A stretch of 64,000 nt of DNA from Acutalibacteraceae bacterium (lineage in GTDB: Bacteria > Bacillota > Clostridia > Christensenellales > CAG-138). The notes under the pieces were generated by a model. That model was not told where the DNA came from, did no database searches, and saw only the letters and a list, made by a program, of their open reading frames with translations. The stretch lies in NCBI GenBank assembly GCA_963640685.1, contig CAVIAA010000003.1:389-64388 (forward strand), written 5' to 3'. Of this stretch, positions 16,007 to 25,498 are shown piece by piece. Both the position numbers and the translations under genes were made by a program. Position 1 is the first letter of the stretch. Each line of letters opens with the position of its first letter.

Positions 16007-17035
16007 CTACAAGCACTTTACGGCTCGGTAGCAAAGGAAACCTTTCTTATCTCTAAGTTCCTCTATGTAGCCGCGTTTCTTAAGATAGTCTATATGCGAT
16101 ATACACTCACCTATTGCAAACCAGCGCTGCATCGGCGGAAAACCATCCCAGCTGTCAGCACGTATCTTCCAAGTCATGCCTCCGGCTATCTCATAAAGAT
16201 AACCCACATTCAATCTGTGTACAACGGAAAGGCACTCTGCGATCCGTTTCTCATGGTGTTCCCTGAGTTGAGATATCCTGCTGTGAAAATCGCCCTTATG
16301 TCTGTGGGCAGGCAGCGGCAGCGTGACATCGCATGCATCTATCCGGTCAAGGCTGTTCAGATAATCGCCAAGCGAATCTTCAACGCCGGGCCAATGTGTT
16401 ATGTTAGGCGTAATGTCAAACATCACATGATCTCCGAGTATCATCGCCCCAGTATTTTCAACCTCAAAACACATATGCCCTGGAGTGTGTCCGGGCGTAC
16501 ATACGGCTTTTAACGTATATCCCCCTGCCGTCAGCCTTTCTCCGTCCTCTATAAATTCATACTCGCAGTATTGCGCTTCCTTTGGTATTATCGTACTGAA
16601 GGTAGCCTCAGTCATTTCCTTGAGTATCCTTTCATCTACCCGGCTCTCACGTAGCCGCAGTACTACATCCTCAAGTACGTCCCTAAAATTCCTCCCACCG
16701 TTGCTTTCCACAAGAAACTTTGCATCCAGTCTCCCAATGTAAACCTTTATTCCCGGCCTTTTGAGGAATGGAACACCTGATATATGATCGGCATGTATAT
16801 GGGTAAGCAATATGTCTGTCTCCTCCAGCGCAGCTCCGCAGGCGGCACAACCAAGCTCTATTGTCTCAAAGCATTCCCTCTTTGCAAATCCTGTATCAAC
16901 TATAAGGTTCCTGCTACCTTGCTGTTCTGTGCGCCGAAAAAGGTAGCAATTAAGCTCCTTAAGCGGGTTTCCCGTCAGCGGCACCGGTATGCGGTAAAGC
17001 CCTGGCATCAGCTCTTTTATATCGTAACCATCCAT
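16007..17035 (-). CDS. MBL-fold metallo-hydrolase
   Basis: HxHxDH motif (LTHIHADHISG) and downstream His/Asp ligands (TPGHTPGHM, LGDHV). The start overlaps the stop of the upstream gene. Confidence 0.85.
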   Translation of the reverse strand: MDGYDIKELMPGLYRIPVPLTGNPLKELNCYLFRRTEQQGSRNLIVDTGFAKRECFETIELGCAACGAALEETDILLTHIHADHISGVPFLKRPGIKVYIGRLDAKFLVESNGGRNFRDVLEDVVLRLRESRVDERILKEMTEATFSTIIPKEAQYCEYEFIEDGERLTAGGYTLKAVCTPGHTPGHMCFEVENTGAMILGDHVMFDITPNITHWPGVEDSLGDYLNSLDRIDACDVTLPLPAHRHKGDFHSRISQLREHHEKRIAECLSVVHRLNVGYLYEIAGGMTWKIRADSWDGFPPMQRWFAIGECISHIDYLKKRGYIEELRDKKGFLCYRAVKCL

Positions 17036-17775
17036 TATTGTTTTTCAAAGCACAGCCTGCACACAAAGGCGACAATACTGTCAGCCCTTATACCGACCAC
17101 TATTGCTTCCTCCTCGCTCTCAGTCTTTTTAAGTGTAACTCTCTCCCCCGTAGAAAGCTCACGTTGAAAGTATATCTCACTGCGCCTGAGTCTGTCCATC
17201 GCCGCTCTTTTCCCCTCACTAAGCACATCATACGCCATATCCGGATACCTCACATTATCCGCATGTCCTACTGCATCTATCCAGCTCGGAGGAATGATAA
17301 TGCTCCCGGCGCATTCCATCTCTTCCGCATTTACGCTTATCCGGCTGGATGAGGTTATCAGTCTCTCGCCCCTTGAAAAGTAGGAAAAATCCATCGTGCT
17401 TTTGGGGTCTCGAACAACGCACCGTGTTACCATATCAATGACCAAAAAATACACCGCACTCACGAAAGATATCTCATTTCTCGTCCGATTATAATAGGCC
17501 AGCTCCAGCCTTGAAGCCGCCCCTCCCTCTTCGGAAAGCCATATTCTGCATATTATATCGTCCGTATAGTCAAAGGCATGCAGAATCTCCGTTGTATCCG
17601 CAACGTATGCAAACGCTCTGCCTTGCCTGAACATCTCGTTTATATCTTGCCCGGAGGGTCGGAAATACCTCTCCACTACGTTGGTTAGAAGCCGTTGATA
17701 TGCGGCAGGCGTCATCCGGTTGCAGGCATTCCGCATGTTTGTGTCTATGAATATTGGCAGCTCCGGCGTTTTCAT
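17035..17775 (-). CDS. Acyl-ACP/acyl-CoA thioesterase-like (double hotdog) protein
   Basis: 246 aa with two hotdog-like halves. The second half carries a D.VGH.dNV.Y-type motif (IDAVGHADNVRYPDMAYD). RBS AAGGAG. Family assignment is tentative. Confidence 0.5.
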   Translation of the reverse strand: MKTPELPIFIDTNMRNACNRMTPAAYQRLLTNVVERYFRPSGQDINEMFRQGRAFAYVADTTEILHAFDYTDDIICRIWLSEEGGAASRLELAYYNRTRNEISFVSAVYFLVIDMVTRCVVRDPKSTMDFSYFSRGERLITSSSRISVNAEEMECAGSIIIPPSWIDAVGHADNVRYPDMAYDVLSEGKRAAMDRLRRSEIYFQRELSTGERVTLKKTESEEEAIVVGIRADSIVAFVCRLCFEKQ

Positions 17776-17807
17776 TCTCCTTGTATACTGTCTCCTGATT
17801 TTTTAGT

Positions 17808-17859
17808 ATAAAATTAAAGAAAGCTGTCCGGGAAGGATGGGGGGATATACCCGGACAGC
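17808..17859 (-). terminator. Strong intrinsic terminator after the dehydratase beta subunit gene
   Basis: Perfect 10-bp stem GCTGTCCGGG/CCCGGACAGC followed on the minus strand by TTTCTTTAATTTT. Confidence 0.7.
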
Positions 17860-17867
17860 GAGGGACA

Positions 17868-18980
17868 CTACATATTTTCTGCAAAGCTTTGCAGTCTTGT
17901 TCTTATCTGCTCCACAGAGGTCGCCTGCTGGTCTATCTCGATGGTAAGGCATGGGATCCCCGTTTTTTTGCAAGCGTCCAAAATAATTGGAACATCATAT
18001 TCCTCCGGATCGCAGAACTTCATCAGCGCTATGACCAATCCGTCAGCCTTCTTTGCGCGCACAGTCTCAATAAGGCTGTTTATGCGGCTCTTATATGGGT
18101 CAAAAGCCAACGAACAAACACGATTGCGCCACTGCTGTGCGAGGGCGTATACTGGCTCTGCCATGTAAGGCACATCGGTCGTAAACTGACGCGATTCCTG
18201 TGCAAGGTCGTCCGCTGCTATGCTTATATCGAACTGACCAAATATGTCCAGCAATTCGTTCGGTTCCATGGTGATACCGGTTACCACTACACGTTTTCCG
18301 TTCCATTCCTCCGGCTGGTCCTTGCGCAGTTCATTCGTGAGGCCCTCTATCAGCGGCAGGTAGTCCTTTTTATCCATAAAAAAGCCCGCCTTTATAATGT
18401 TATGGCGTACCGTTGGGGTAATTATTCTCGGATAGTCCGCAGCTACCTTTGTGAACTCACGCATTGCAGCCCTGTACTTATTGTAAAACTCTATAGATCC
18501 CGACAATGCCTCTTCGGTTATCGTAACGCCAAGTATCGGCTCCAGCCGGTAGCACAGCATCTTGTACTGATCCGCCAAAAACTCAAGCGATGCTTCGGAC
18601 TGTCTGTTTTGCGGATGTACAAACGGTACCGCAGGGCACTTTCCTTTCCACTTCTGCCCTATACACTTAAGCGTATCGCACGGAGCCGGTATGATGACCG
18701 CGTTCAGGCAGTCATAAGTACCCCTTGTCTCATATTCCAGTATGGACTGCATTATTGAACAGGCAAATGACGGCAGATACGTGCGGGCATTTTGCAGCTC
18801 TACGTTTCCTCCCCAAAGGCCAACTGGGATTGCCCCTGCAGCGTATATTATCTCCTCGGGTGCATAGGGCGCTACCCAGCCCACAAGTTTCTTGCCCGTC
18901 TTTTTCGCCGCAGTTTCCACGGCCTCGTGCGGCGATGCGGAGATTTTTAAGAGTTTTTCGATATATTCTTCAGTTTTCAT
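17868..18980 (-). CDS. 2-hydroxyacyl-CoA dehydratase, beta (HgdB/HadC/FldC-like) subunit
   Basis: N-terminus KKLVGWVAPYAPEEIIYAAGAIPVGLWGG is typical of the HgdB family. Start at ATG 18980 after the GGAGGAAG RBS. Adjacent to the alpha subunit and activator genes. Confidence 0.85.
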   Translation of the reverse strand: MKTEEYIEKLLKISASPHEAVETAAKKTGKKLVGWVAPYAPEEIIYAAGAIPVGLWGGNVELQNARTYLPSFACSIMQSILEYETRGTYDCLNAVIIPAPCDTLKCIGQKWKGKCPAVPFVHPQNRQSEASLEFLADQYKMLCYRLEPILGVTITEEALSGSIEFYNKYRAAMREFTKVAADYPRIITPTVRHNIIKAGFFMDKKDYLPLIEGLTNELRKDQPEEWNGKRVVVTGITMEPNELLDIFGQFDISIAADDLAQESRQFTTDVPYMAEPVYALAQQWRNRVCSLAFDPYKSRINSLIETVRAKKADGLVIALMKFCDPEEYDVPIILDACKKTGIPCLTIEIDQQATSVEQIRTRLQSFAENM

Positions 18981-18981
18981 T

Positions 18982-20232
18982 TTATTCTTCCTCCGCTTTT
19001 GTTTTTTTAGCATCCATCATTTCTACAAGGGCATCTATTCTAGTTTCATACTGCGCCTCTGAGAAATTTCTCGGATCTGCCTGATCACCGTCAAATGTAG
19101 TAACGGCTACACCGAGATCCTTTTTCAGGGCCTGAGCTATCTCATACTGCATGAAGTCGCATATCTTGCAGCTTCTGTTTATATGCCAGACCACGCCCTC
19201 GCATTTGGTTTCTTGAATTATATTCTTGCGTACCTCTGTAGCGCCCTTGAGGCCAAGGTTATTTGCCATTCCGGTATACGCTTTTGCATATTCATCCAGA
19301 TTTCCCGGCGTATATGTCAGCGCCCATGCTGCGGGATAATTCGATCCCGTCATATTCATTCCTCTTGCCTTGAGCGTCTTATATGTGTATGAAAGATACG
19401 GCCAGCAAGCTATGCCGTCCCACATTATCCTATATTTCTCCTCGGCTCCCTTAAGACCACATATACCATTTGCTATTCTATCCTTGAGCTCCACCTCCAG
19501 CTTGCGAAAAACAGTTCCACACTCCGGCTTGCCTCTCATGCAGACTATAAGAGCCATGTAGTTGAACATGTCAAAGCCATTGAGCGGAGACGGCACGGCA
19601 GAGCAAAGGTCCGTTGCGTCCTTCCAAGCCCTTGCGTTTTCAGAAGCGACCTTCATGACTTCGCCGAACTTATCATAATCAAACGACTTGCCGCATATAT
19701 CCTCAAGCTGACGTATTATATCCTTAAATTGAGCCTTTACGTAATCTATATTTTGCTGCGTTATCTCGTCACCCTGATTGTATGGAACATCGAGTATTAT
19801 ACATGGTATATGAAGTGAATAGGCTATATTCTCATACCACTTCAACAGCGTCTCACATATGTTATTACAGAGCAGCACAAAATCTGGCAGCGGCATTTCT
19901 TCTGAAATACAATGCTGCACATCCATATAGGCAAGGTTTGCCCTCGCATATCCACATATATCGTTTGCATAGCCCTTAGCCTCAGCGTACTCCAGCAACT
20001 CTGGCCCACCCTTCCTTGCAGCTATGCCAACTACGTGGTTCTCCGGATACACTGTGTACACGCCCATTACTTCGTTGAATTCACACGGCGCTATGGAACT
20101 GGCCCAGCAAACCAGATCGCCCCGTGCCTTCGCCTGGCGGGCATCCTCCATGTTTTTGGCGACCAAGTAATTCAGCATATCTTTCGATGACATTTCATCG
20201 AAATGAACTCCGGCTTTTATTTCTTCGCTCAT
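18982..20232 (-). CDS. 2-hydroxyacyl-CoA dehydratase, alpha (HgdA/HadB/FldB-like) subunit
   Basis: About 416 aa, HgdA-family layout with conserved Cys residues. Start chosen at ATG 20232, which uses GGAGGG as its RBS. Confidence 0.85.
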   Translation of the reverse strand: MSEEIKAGVHFDEMSSKDMLNYLVAKNMEDARQAKARGDLVCWASSIAPCEFNEVMGVYTVYPENHVVGIAARKGGPELLEYAEAKGYANDICGYARANLAYMDVQHCISEEMPLPDFVLLCNNICETLLKWYENIAYSLHIPCIILDVPYNQGDEITQQNIDYVKAQFKDIIRQLEDICGKSFDYDKFGEVMKVASENARAWKDATDLCSAVPSPLNGFDMFNYMALIVCMRGKPECGTVFRKLEVELKDRIANGICGLKGAEEKYRIMWDGIACWPYLSYTYKTLKARGMNMTGSNYPAAWALTYTPGNLDEYAKAYTGMANNLGLKGATEVRKNIIQETKCEGVVWHINRSCKICDFMQYEIAQALKKDLGVAVTTFDGDQADPRNFSEAQYETRIDALVEMMDAKKTKAEEE

Positions 20233-20247
20233 GATTCCCTCCATTAT

Positions 20248-21036
20248 CTATTTCGTGTTTTTAAGCGCATCCTTGTAGGCGAAAAGAGCCGCGCCAAGCG
20301 CCCCGGTAAGCTGAGGCCGGTCTGCGACCAGTACCTTTCTCTTGAGTGCCTCTTCAAAGGCTCGTCTTACGCCGTTATTCATTGCGACCCCGCCGGTAAG
20401 CACAAATTCGGGCTTCTTCGCCGTCCTGTTTATCAACCCCATTGCGCGGCTTATTACGGAATCGTGTATCCCCGCTATGATGTCTACTTTCTCTATTCTT
20501 TTGCTAAGTAGGCTTATTACCTCGGACTCCGCAAACACGGTGCATGTACTGGATACCGAAACTTTGTTCTCGCTCTCGGCATCAAGCGCGCCCATTTCCT
20601 TTACATCCGTTTCCAGCACGCGAGCCATATTGTCTATAAATCGACCCGTACCCGCAGCGCATTTGTCGTTCATGTAGAACTCGCTTACTACACCGTTTTC
20701 GTCTATTTCTATCGCCTTGCAGTCCTGCCCGCCTATATCCAATATCGTTCGTGCCTCGGGAAACAGAAAGCCGACGCCCTTTGCATGACAGCTTATTTCG
20801 CTTATTGCTCTGGCAGGCAGCTCCATAGAATACCTGCCGTAACCGGTAACCACTATGGCAGAAAAGTCCTTCTGTCCAAGATCCGAGGCAGCATATATTT
20901 CCTCCATCAACCTGCTCGGGCCGCTTGTACCCGTTCCGGACTGTACAGCGGCAGAAGCGATTATATCCCTGCCGTTGGCCAGCACCACCGCCTTGCAAGA
21001 GGAGGATCCTATGTCTACGCCAAGAGTGTACAGCAT
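20248..21036 (-). CDS. 2-hydroxyacyl-CoA dehydratase activator (HgdC/HadI/FldI-like, BcrAD_BadFG ATPase)
   Basis: ASKHA-fold N-terminus (LGVDIGSSSCKAVV), cluster-bridging Cys region (NDKCAAGTGRF) and C-terminal LTGGVAMN. Start at 21036 after the GGAGG RBS. Confidence 0.9.
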   Translation of the reverse strand: MLYTLGVDIGSSSCKAVVLANGRDIIASAAVQSGTGTSGPSRLMEEIYAASDLGQKDFSAIVVTGYGRYSMELPARAISEISCHAKGVGFLFPEARTILDIGGQDCKAIEIDENGVVSEFYMNDKCAAGTGRFIDNMARVLETDVKEMGALDAESENKVSVSSTCTVFAESEVISLLSKRIEKVDIIAGIHDSVISRAMGLINRTAKKPEFVLTGGVAMNNGVRRAFEEALKRKVLVADRPQLTGALGAALFAYKDALKNTK

Positions 21037-21064
21037 TTCACACCTCCGTTTCTTAATAAGCACA

Positions 21065-21096
21065 GCAAGCCGCTTCTTCCCCTAGCAGCGGCTTGC
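21065..21096 (-). other. Intercistronic 9-bp hairpin between etfA and the activator gene (weak terminator or processing/stability element)
   Basis: GCAAGCCGC ...14 nt... GCGGCTTGC. The downstream tract TGTGCTTATT is only weakly U-rich. Confidence 0.35.
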
Positions 21097-21111
21097 TTGA
21101 TGAATGAAGCG

Positions 21112-22122
21112 CTATGCTTCTTTCATTGCCTTGAGTTCCTTAGTGAGAGCAGGAACTATCTCAAACAGATCACCCACTATGCCATAGTGAGCCACATCGA
21201 ATATCGGAGCAGTCTCGTCTTTGTTTATGGCAACGATTATCTTGGACTTGCTCATACCCGCTATATGCTGTACAGCACCGGATATACCGCAGGCTATGTA
21301 TATCGTGGGTGATATGGTCTTGCCCGTCTGTCCAACCTGATGGCTCTGGTCTATCCAGCCGGAATCTACCGCAGCACGACTCGCACCTACAGCACCGCCA
21401 ACAACTTCTGCCAGCTCCTGAAGTATCTTAAAGTTTTCGCCGTTTTTCATTCCTCGTCCGCCTGAGACCACTATATCAGCATCTGCTACGTCTATGCCAT
21501 CGCTCTTTGCGGCCGCAATAAAGTCCAGCACTTTCGTTCGAACGGCTCCGGTATCGACAGGTATGTTTTCCCATATTATCTCGGGCTTATTATTCGGATT
21601 CTGTGCGGGACGCTGGAAATTGCCGGGACGGACGGTACCCATCTGGGGGCGGGTAGTTGCGCAGACTATCTGAGCATACAGATTGCCACCAAATGCCGGA
21701 CGTTCCCATACCACATTCTGCTTCTCTTCGTCCATAAAGAGGCCGGTGCAGTCCGCCGTGAGACCCGTGCGCAGACTTACCGCCAATTTTGAGCCCAGAT
21801 CGCGTCCGTTTATGGTTGCACCTATCAGTATGGCGTTTGGGTTATACTTATGGCACAGCTCCAGCATTGCTTGACCGTACGCATCGGCAGTATAGAATCT
21901 ATACTCGGCAGCTTTAACTACATATATCTTATCTGCGCCATAGAGACTTGCTTCCTTTATCGCTTTGTCAACGTCGTCGCTTATTATGACAGCGCAGAGC
22001 TTTTGACCCATATCGTCCGCCAGCTTGCGACCCTGTCCCATCAGCTCAAAACCAACTTTTTTAGGCTCACCGTCGAAACACTCGATAAATACCCATACGT
22101 CCTTATAAGCTTCAAAACTCAT
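21112..22122 (-). CDS. etfA: Electron transfer flavoprotein, alpha subunit
   Basis: C-terminal FAD-binding signature PTIYIACGISGAVQHIAGM. 336 aa. Follows etfB. Confidence 0.9.
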   Translation of the reverse strand: MSFEAYKDVWVFIECFDGEPKKVGFELMGQGRKLADDMGQKLCAVIISDDVDKAIKEASLYGADKIYVVKAAEYRFYTADAYGQAMLELCHKYNPNAILIGATINGRDLGSKLAVSLRTGLTADCTGLFMDEEKQNVVWERPAFGGNLYAQIVCATTRPQMGTVRPGNFQRPAQNPNNKPEIIWENIPVDTGAVRTKVLDFIAAAKSDGIDVADADIVVSGGRGMKNGENFKILQELAEVVGGAVGASRAAVDSGWIDQSHQVGQTGKTISPTIYIACGISGAVQHIAGMSKSKIIVAINKDETAPIFDVAHYGIVGDLFEIVPALTKELKAMKEA

Positions 22123-22137
22123 TCTGCTTCTCCTTTC

Positions 22138-22929
22138 TTACAGTGCTCTCACATCGATGAGCTTTGTTACCAGATTGTGCGCCAACTCCTTGGGGGTATT
22201 GTCCTCAAGTCTTTCGCACAGGCTAGTACGCTCAGGAGTAAAAGTAAATTTTACCCTCGTAGGAGAACCGTCAAGCCCTATCTTGGACTGGTCAAAATCC
22301 TCTTGCATATCCCTCAGTGTTATGTTTTGTATATCGCAGCGCACGGAATAAAGCGTCCGTTCAAGAGTTGCATAACGAGGGGTATTCGTATCCTTCGTGA
22401 CAGTTACCAGAACCGGGAGCTTAGCTTCGGTGATCTGTATCCCTTCCTCTACCTGCCGGCGGGCTATCATCTTATTCCCCTCTATCTTCATATCCAAAAC
22501 ATACGTAAGGCGTGCACAACCCATATGTTCTGCAATAGAGGGTGCCGTTTGTCCGGTATCTCCGTCTATGGCCTGCTTGCCTCCAATGATAACATCAAAG
22601 GGTCCAAGCTTCTCCAGCGTCTTTGCAAGTATATAGCTTGTAGCATATGTATCGGAACCGCCAAAAGCACGGTCAGTCACCAGATATGCATTATCCGCAC
22701 CCATAGATATGGCCTGACGCAGAACAGCCTTCGCCTGCTCTGGACCCATACATATGGCGGTGACCTCTCCGCTATACTGATCCTTGAGGCGCAATGCGGC
22801 CTCTATCGCGTTCACGTCAAATGGGTTGGTAATGCTTGGGACGCCTTGACGTATCAAAGTCTTTTTAACAGGATCGATACGAATCTCGGTCGTATCGGGT
22901 ACCTGCTTGACACAAACAGCTATCTTCAT
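22138..22929 (-). CDS. etfB: Electron transfer flavoprotein, beta subunit
   Basis: N-terminus MKIAVCVKQVPDT, 263 aa. Confidence 0.9.
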   Translation of the reverse strand: MKIAVCVKQVPDTTEIRIDPVKKTLIRQGVPSITNPFDVNAIEAALRLKDQYSGEVTAICMGPEQAKAVLRQAISMGADNAYLVTDRAFGGSDTYATSYILAKTLEKLGPFDVIIGGKQAIDGDTGQTAPSIAEHMGCARLTYVLDMKIEGNKMIARRQVEEGIQITEAKLPVLVTVTKDTNTPRYATLERTLYSVRCDIQNITLRDMQEDFDQSKIGLDGSPTRVKFTFTPERTSLCERLEDNTPKELAHNLVTKLIDVRAL

Positions 22930-22961
22930 ATCGTAATTTCGCCTTTCTGAATTCTAATATC

Positions 22962-24086
22962 TTAACGCAGATAAGCCCCTGCAATGACCTGGCGCTGTAC
23001 CTCACATGTACCCTCGTATATCTGAAGTATCTTGGCATCCCGGAACAGCTTCTCCATGGGGTAGTCGTTCATGTAGCCGTATCCACCAAAGACCTGAAGT
23101 GCCTCCGTCGCCGCCCTGTTTGCTATGTCTGCGCCGTGGCACTTGGCCATGCAGGACACTGTTCCGTAAGGGAGCTTCGCGTCCATCAGCTCTGCGGCAT
23201 GGTAGCAAAGCTGACGAGTGGATTCCACGTCTATAGCCATGTCGGCTATTTTTGTTTGTATTGCGCCGAGCTTTGCAATTGGCTTGCCAAACTGCACACG
23301 AGTCTTTGCATACTGTACCGCCTCCTCAAGGCAACGAGAAGCGAGGCCCACGCCGGCAATGCCGACATTGAGACGGGATACGTCCAGTGTCATCATGGCC
23401 ATTTTGAATCCGTTGTTTACCTGACCCACAAGGTGATCCTTTGGAATATGCACGTCTTGGAATATTACCTCCGCAGTATTGCTGAGACGTATACCCATCT
23501 TGTTCTCTATCTTGCCTATGCTTACGCCCTGACGGTTACGTTCAACCATGAAGCAGCTTATGCCCTTCGTTCTAAGTGATCTGTCAGTAGAAGCAAACAC
23601 GAGGTATATGTCACATATCCCGCCGTTCGTTATAAAGCACTTAGAGCCGTTGATGACCCACTCGTCCCCTTCCTGCACGGCAACCGTGCGTACACCGCCC
23701 GCATCGGAACCGGCGTTGGGCTCGGTAAGACAGAATCCAGTCCATCCCTTGGTTTCATATTCCATGAAGTACTTTTTCTGTTCCTCGGTGCCAAACATAT
23801 CCATAAGGTGCGCGTTGGACGCATTTACTCCCACCGCACTGCTAAGACCCAACTCATACTTGCCCAGCATTTCCGCAACTACAGTCTGCTGTATGTTGTT
23901 CAAACCGGGACCGCCATACTCCTTTGGTACGCCTATGGCACTAAGACCCATCTTCACCATGTTGTCGTAGAGTTCAGCTGGGAATTGGTGTCCGGCATCG
24001 TAATCGGCAGCCACCGGGGCGACCTTTTCCTTGCACCATTTTTCCACAAGAGCGGCAATGGCCAAGTCTTCCTGATTAAGAATCAT
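22962..24086 (-). CDS. Acyl-CoA dehydrogenase (enoyl-CoA reductase partner of EtfBA)
   Basis: ACAD N, M and C domains. C-terminal IYEGTCEVQRQVIA signature. 374 aa. Confidence 0.9.
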   Translation of the reverse strand: MILNQEDLAIAALVEKWCKEKVAPVAADYDAGHQFPAELYDNMVKMGLSAIGVPKEYGGPGLNNIQQTVVAEMLGKYELGLSSAVGVNASNAHLMDMFGTEEQKKYFMEYETKGWTGFCLTEPNAGSDAGGVRTVAVQEGDEWVINGSKCFITNGGICDIYLVFASTDRSLRTKGISCFMVERNRQGVSIGKIENKMGIRLSNTAEVIFQDVHIPKDHLVGQVNNGFKMAMMTLDVSRLNVGIAGVGLASRCLEEAVQYAKTRVQFGKPIAKLGAIQTKIADMAIDVESTRQLCYHAAELMDAKLPYGTVSCMAKCHGADIANRAATEALQVFGGYGYMNDYPMEKLFRDAKILQIYEGTCEVQRQVIAGAYLR

Positions 24087-24154
24087 ACAAATATCTCCTT
24101 TTTGATTATCTATCGCAATAATTCAGACGGCATAGCCGACCTGTTTTTTTGCTC

Positions 24155-25498
24155 TCACGCAAACACGCCCAGTGCTATCAGCTGCATCACTACCGCAAGG
24201 GCAGCAAGACTCGGGAAAAAAGATATGCCGAAATAATACCACGAGGCCGTTTTCAGGTCTATTTTTGTAAGAGCAACCGCGTTTATTACGCCGGCACACC
24301 AAGGTGTACATGGTGAGAGCTGCGCACAAATAGCCAGCCTTGCCCCGTTTTCGGCAGAAATTCCGGCAAATTTTTGTGCTATTATCGTTGCTATGCCCTC
24401 TGACGAGAGTACCGGCACCGTATTTGCAATAAGTGCCGTCATAACGGATATCAACAGCACACCACCCGTCAGGTCCGGCAGTTTATCGAACATCGTCGCT
24501 ATAACCGCAAAACCGGGCATCTGAGGCATTATCGTTGCAAGCCCGGTAACGGCGGCAACGGTCACCACAGGCATTATCCCTGCCTGTAGGCCTGCGTTAA
24601 GAGTATCCTTAGGCGATACGAGCTGCCTATGGAATATCAAGAAACAGAGTATACTAACTCCCGCAAGCGTTGTTTCTGCCTCCGCCTTCAGAGCTATCAC
24701 GACAAAAACAGTAAGCGCTATCGGCAGCACAGACTTAAGCAGCCCGGGCAGCTCGTTCTCAGCCCGGCTTTCGCCGATTTGAGTTCTCATTATCGCTTCA
24801 CCATCCGGATAAAAGCCTTCTCCTCTCTTTTCACATTTCCTGACATCAAACCATATGATAAGGGCGGCTACGGTAAGCTGAACCGCACAGAACACCAGTG
24901 ACATTGCAGCCCCCGCAGTCGGGCTCACACCAAACAGCTCCGCGGCTTTTAGATTCTGCGCCTGCAGGTTGCCCGCAAGCACACCGTTGGTTATGTTTCC
25001 CAAGGCACCATAGCAATAAAACCGCCAGGGAACATCACATTCCGAAAACAGCTCTCTCCCCAAAGCGACTACGGCAAACACCATCACAAACCCAGATATG
25101 CCGCAATAGCCCAGCACTATGTAAAACACCGGAAGCACACAAACCGCATAGAATTTGGCGTGTTTAGACCGTCTTATTACCCTCTTGAGTGCAAGTGCAA
25201 TGCGTCTTATTGCGCCGCTGTCATCCATGACCTTACCGTACAGGGCGGAAAACATAAAGAGCAGTAAATAGCTTTTAATGAAGCCGCCAACGCCGCTCAT
25301 GTATGATATAAAACCGTCCCTGCCCGATATGAGTAACCCGTACATATCCGAAAGCCTATTGCCCATTGCCGGCAACGATAGCGCTATCATTATCATTGCA
25401 CTAAGCACCGCCGCGAGTATGGTGTTTGTCCGTCTAAAGCAAAGCACTATGAACAGCAGCAGACCCGCGGCGATTCCAAAGAGACTAACTATTACCAC
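24155..25498 (-). CDS. GntP-family (ion transporter superfamily) organic-acid permease
   Basis: 447 aa, polytopic. Contains the GntP-like segment LLFMFSALYGKVMDDSGAIRRIA. Overlaps the ligase stop by 14 nt. Confidence 0.6.
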   Translation of the reverse strand: MVIVSLFGIAAGLLLFIVLCFRRTNTILAAVLSAMIMIALSLPAMGNRLSDMYGLLISGRDGFISYMSGVGGFIKSYLLLFMFSALYGKVMDDSGAIRRIALALKRVIRRSKHAKFYAVCVLPVFYIVLGYCGISGFVMVFAVVALGRELFSECDVPWRFYCYGALGNITNGVLAGNLQAQNLKAAELFGVSPTAGAAMSLVFCAVQLTVAALIIWFDVRKCEKRGEGFYPDGEAIMRTQIGESRAENELPGLLKSVLPIALTVFVVIALKAEAETTLAGVSILCFLIFHRQLVSPKDTLNAGLQAGIMPVVTVAAVTGLATIMPQMPGFAVIATMFDKLPDLTGGVLLISVMTALIANTVPVLSSEGIATIIAQKFAGISAENGARLAICAQLSPCTPWCAGVINAVALTKIDLKTASWYYFGISFFPSLAALAVVMQLIALGVFA

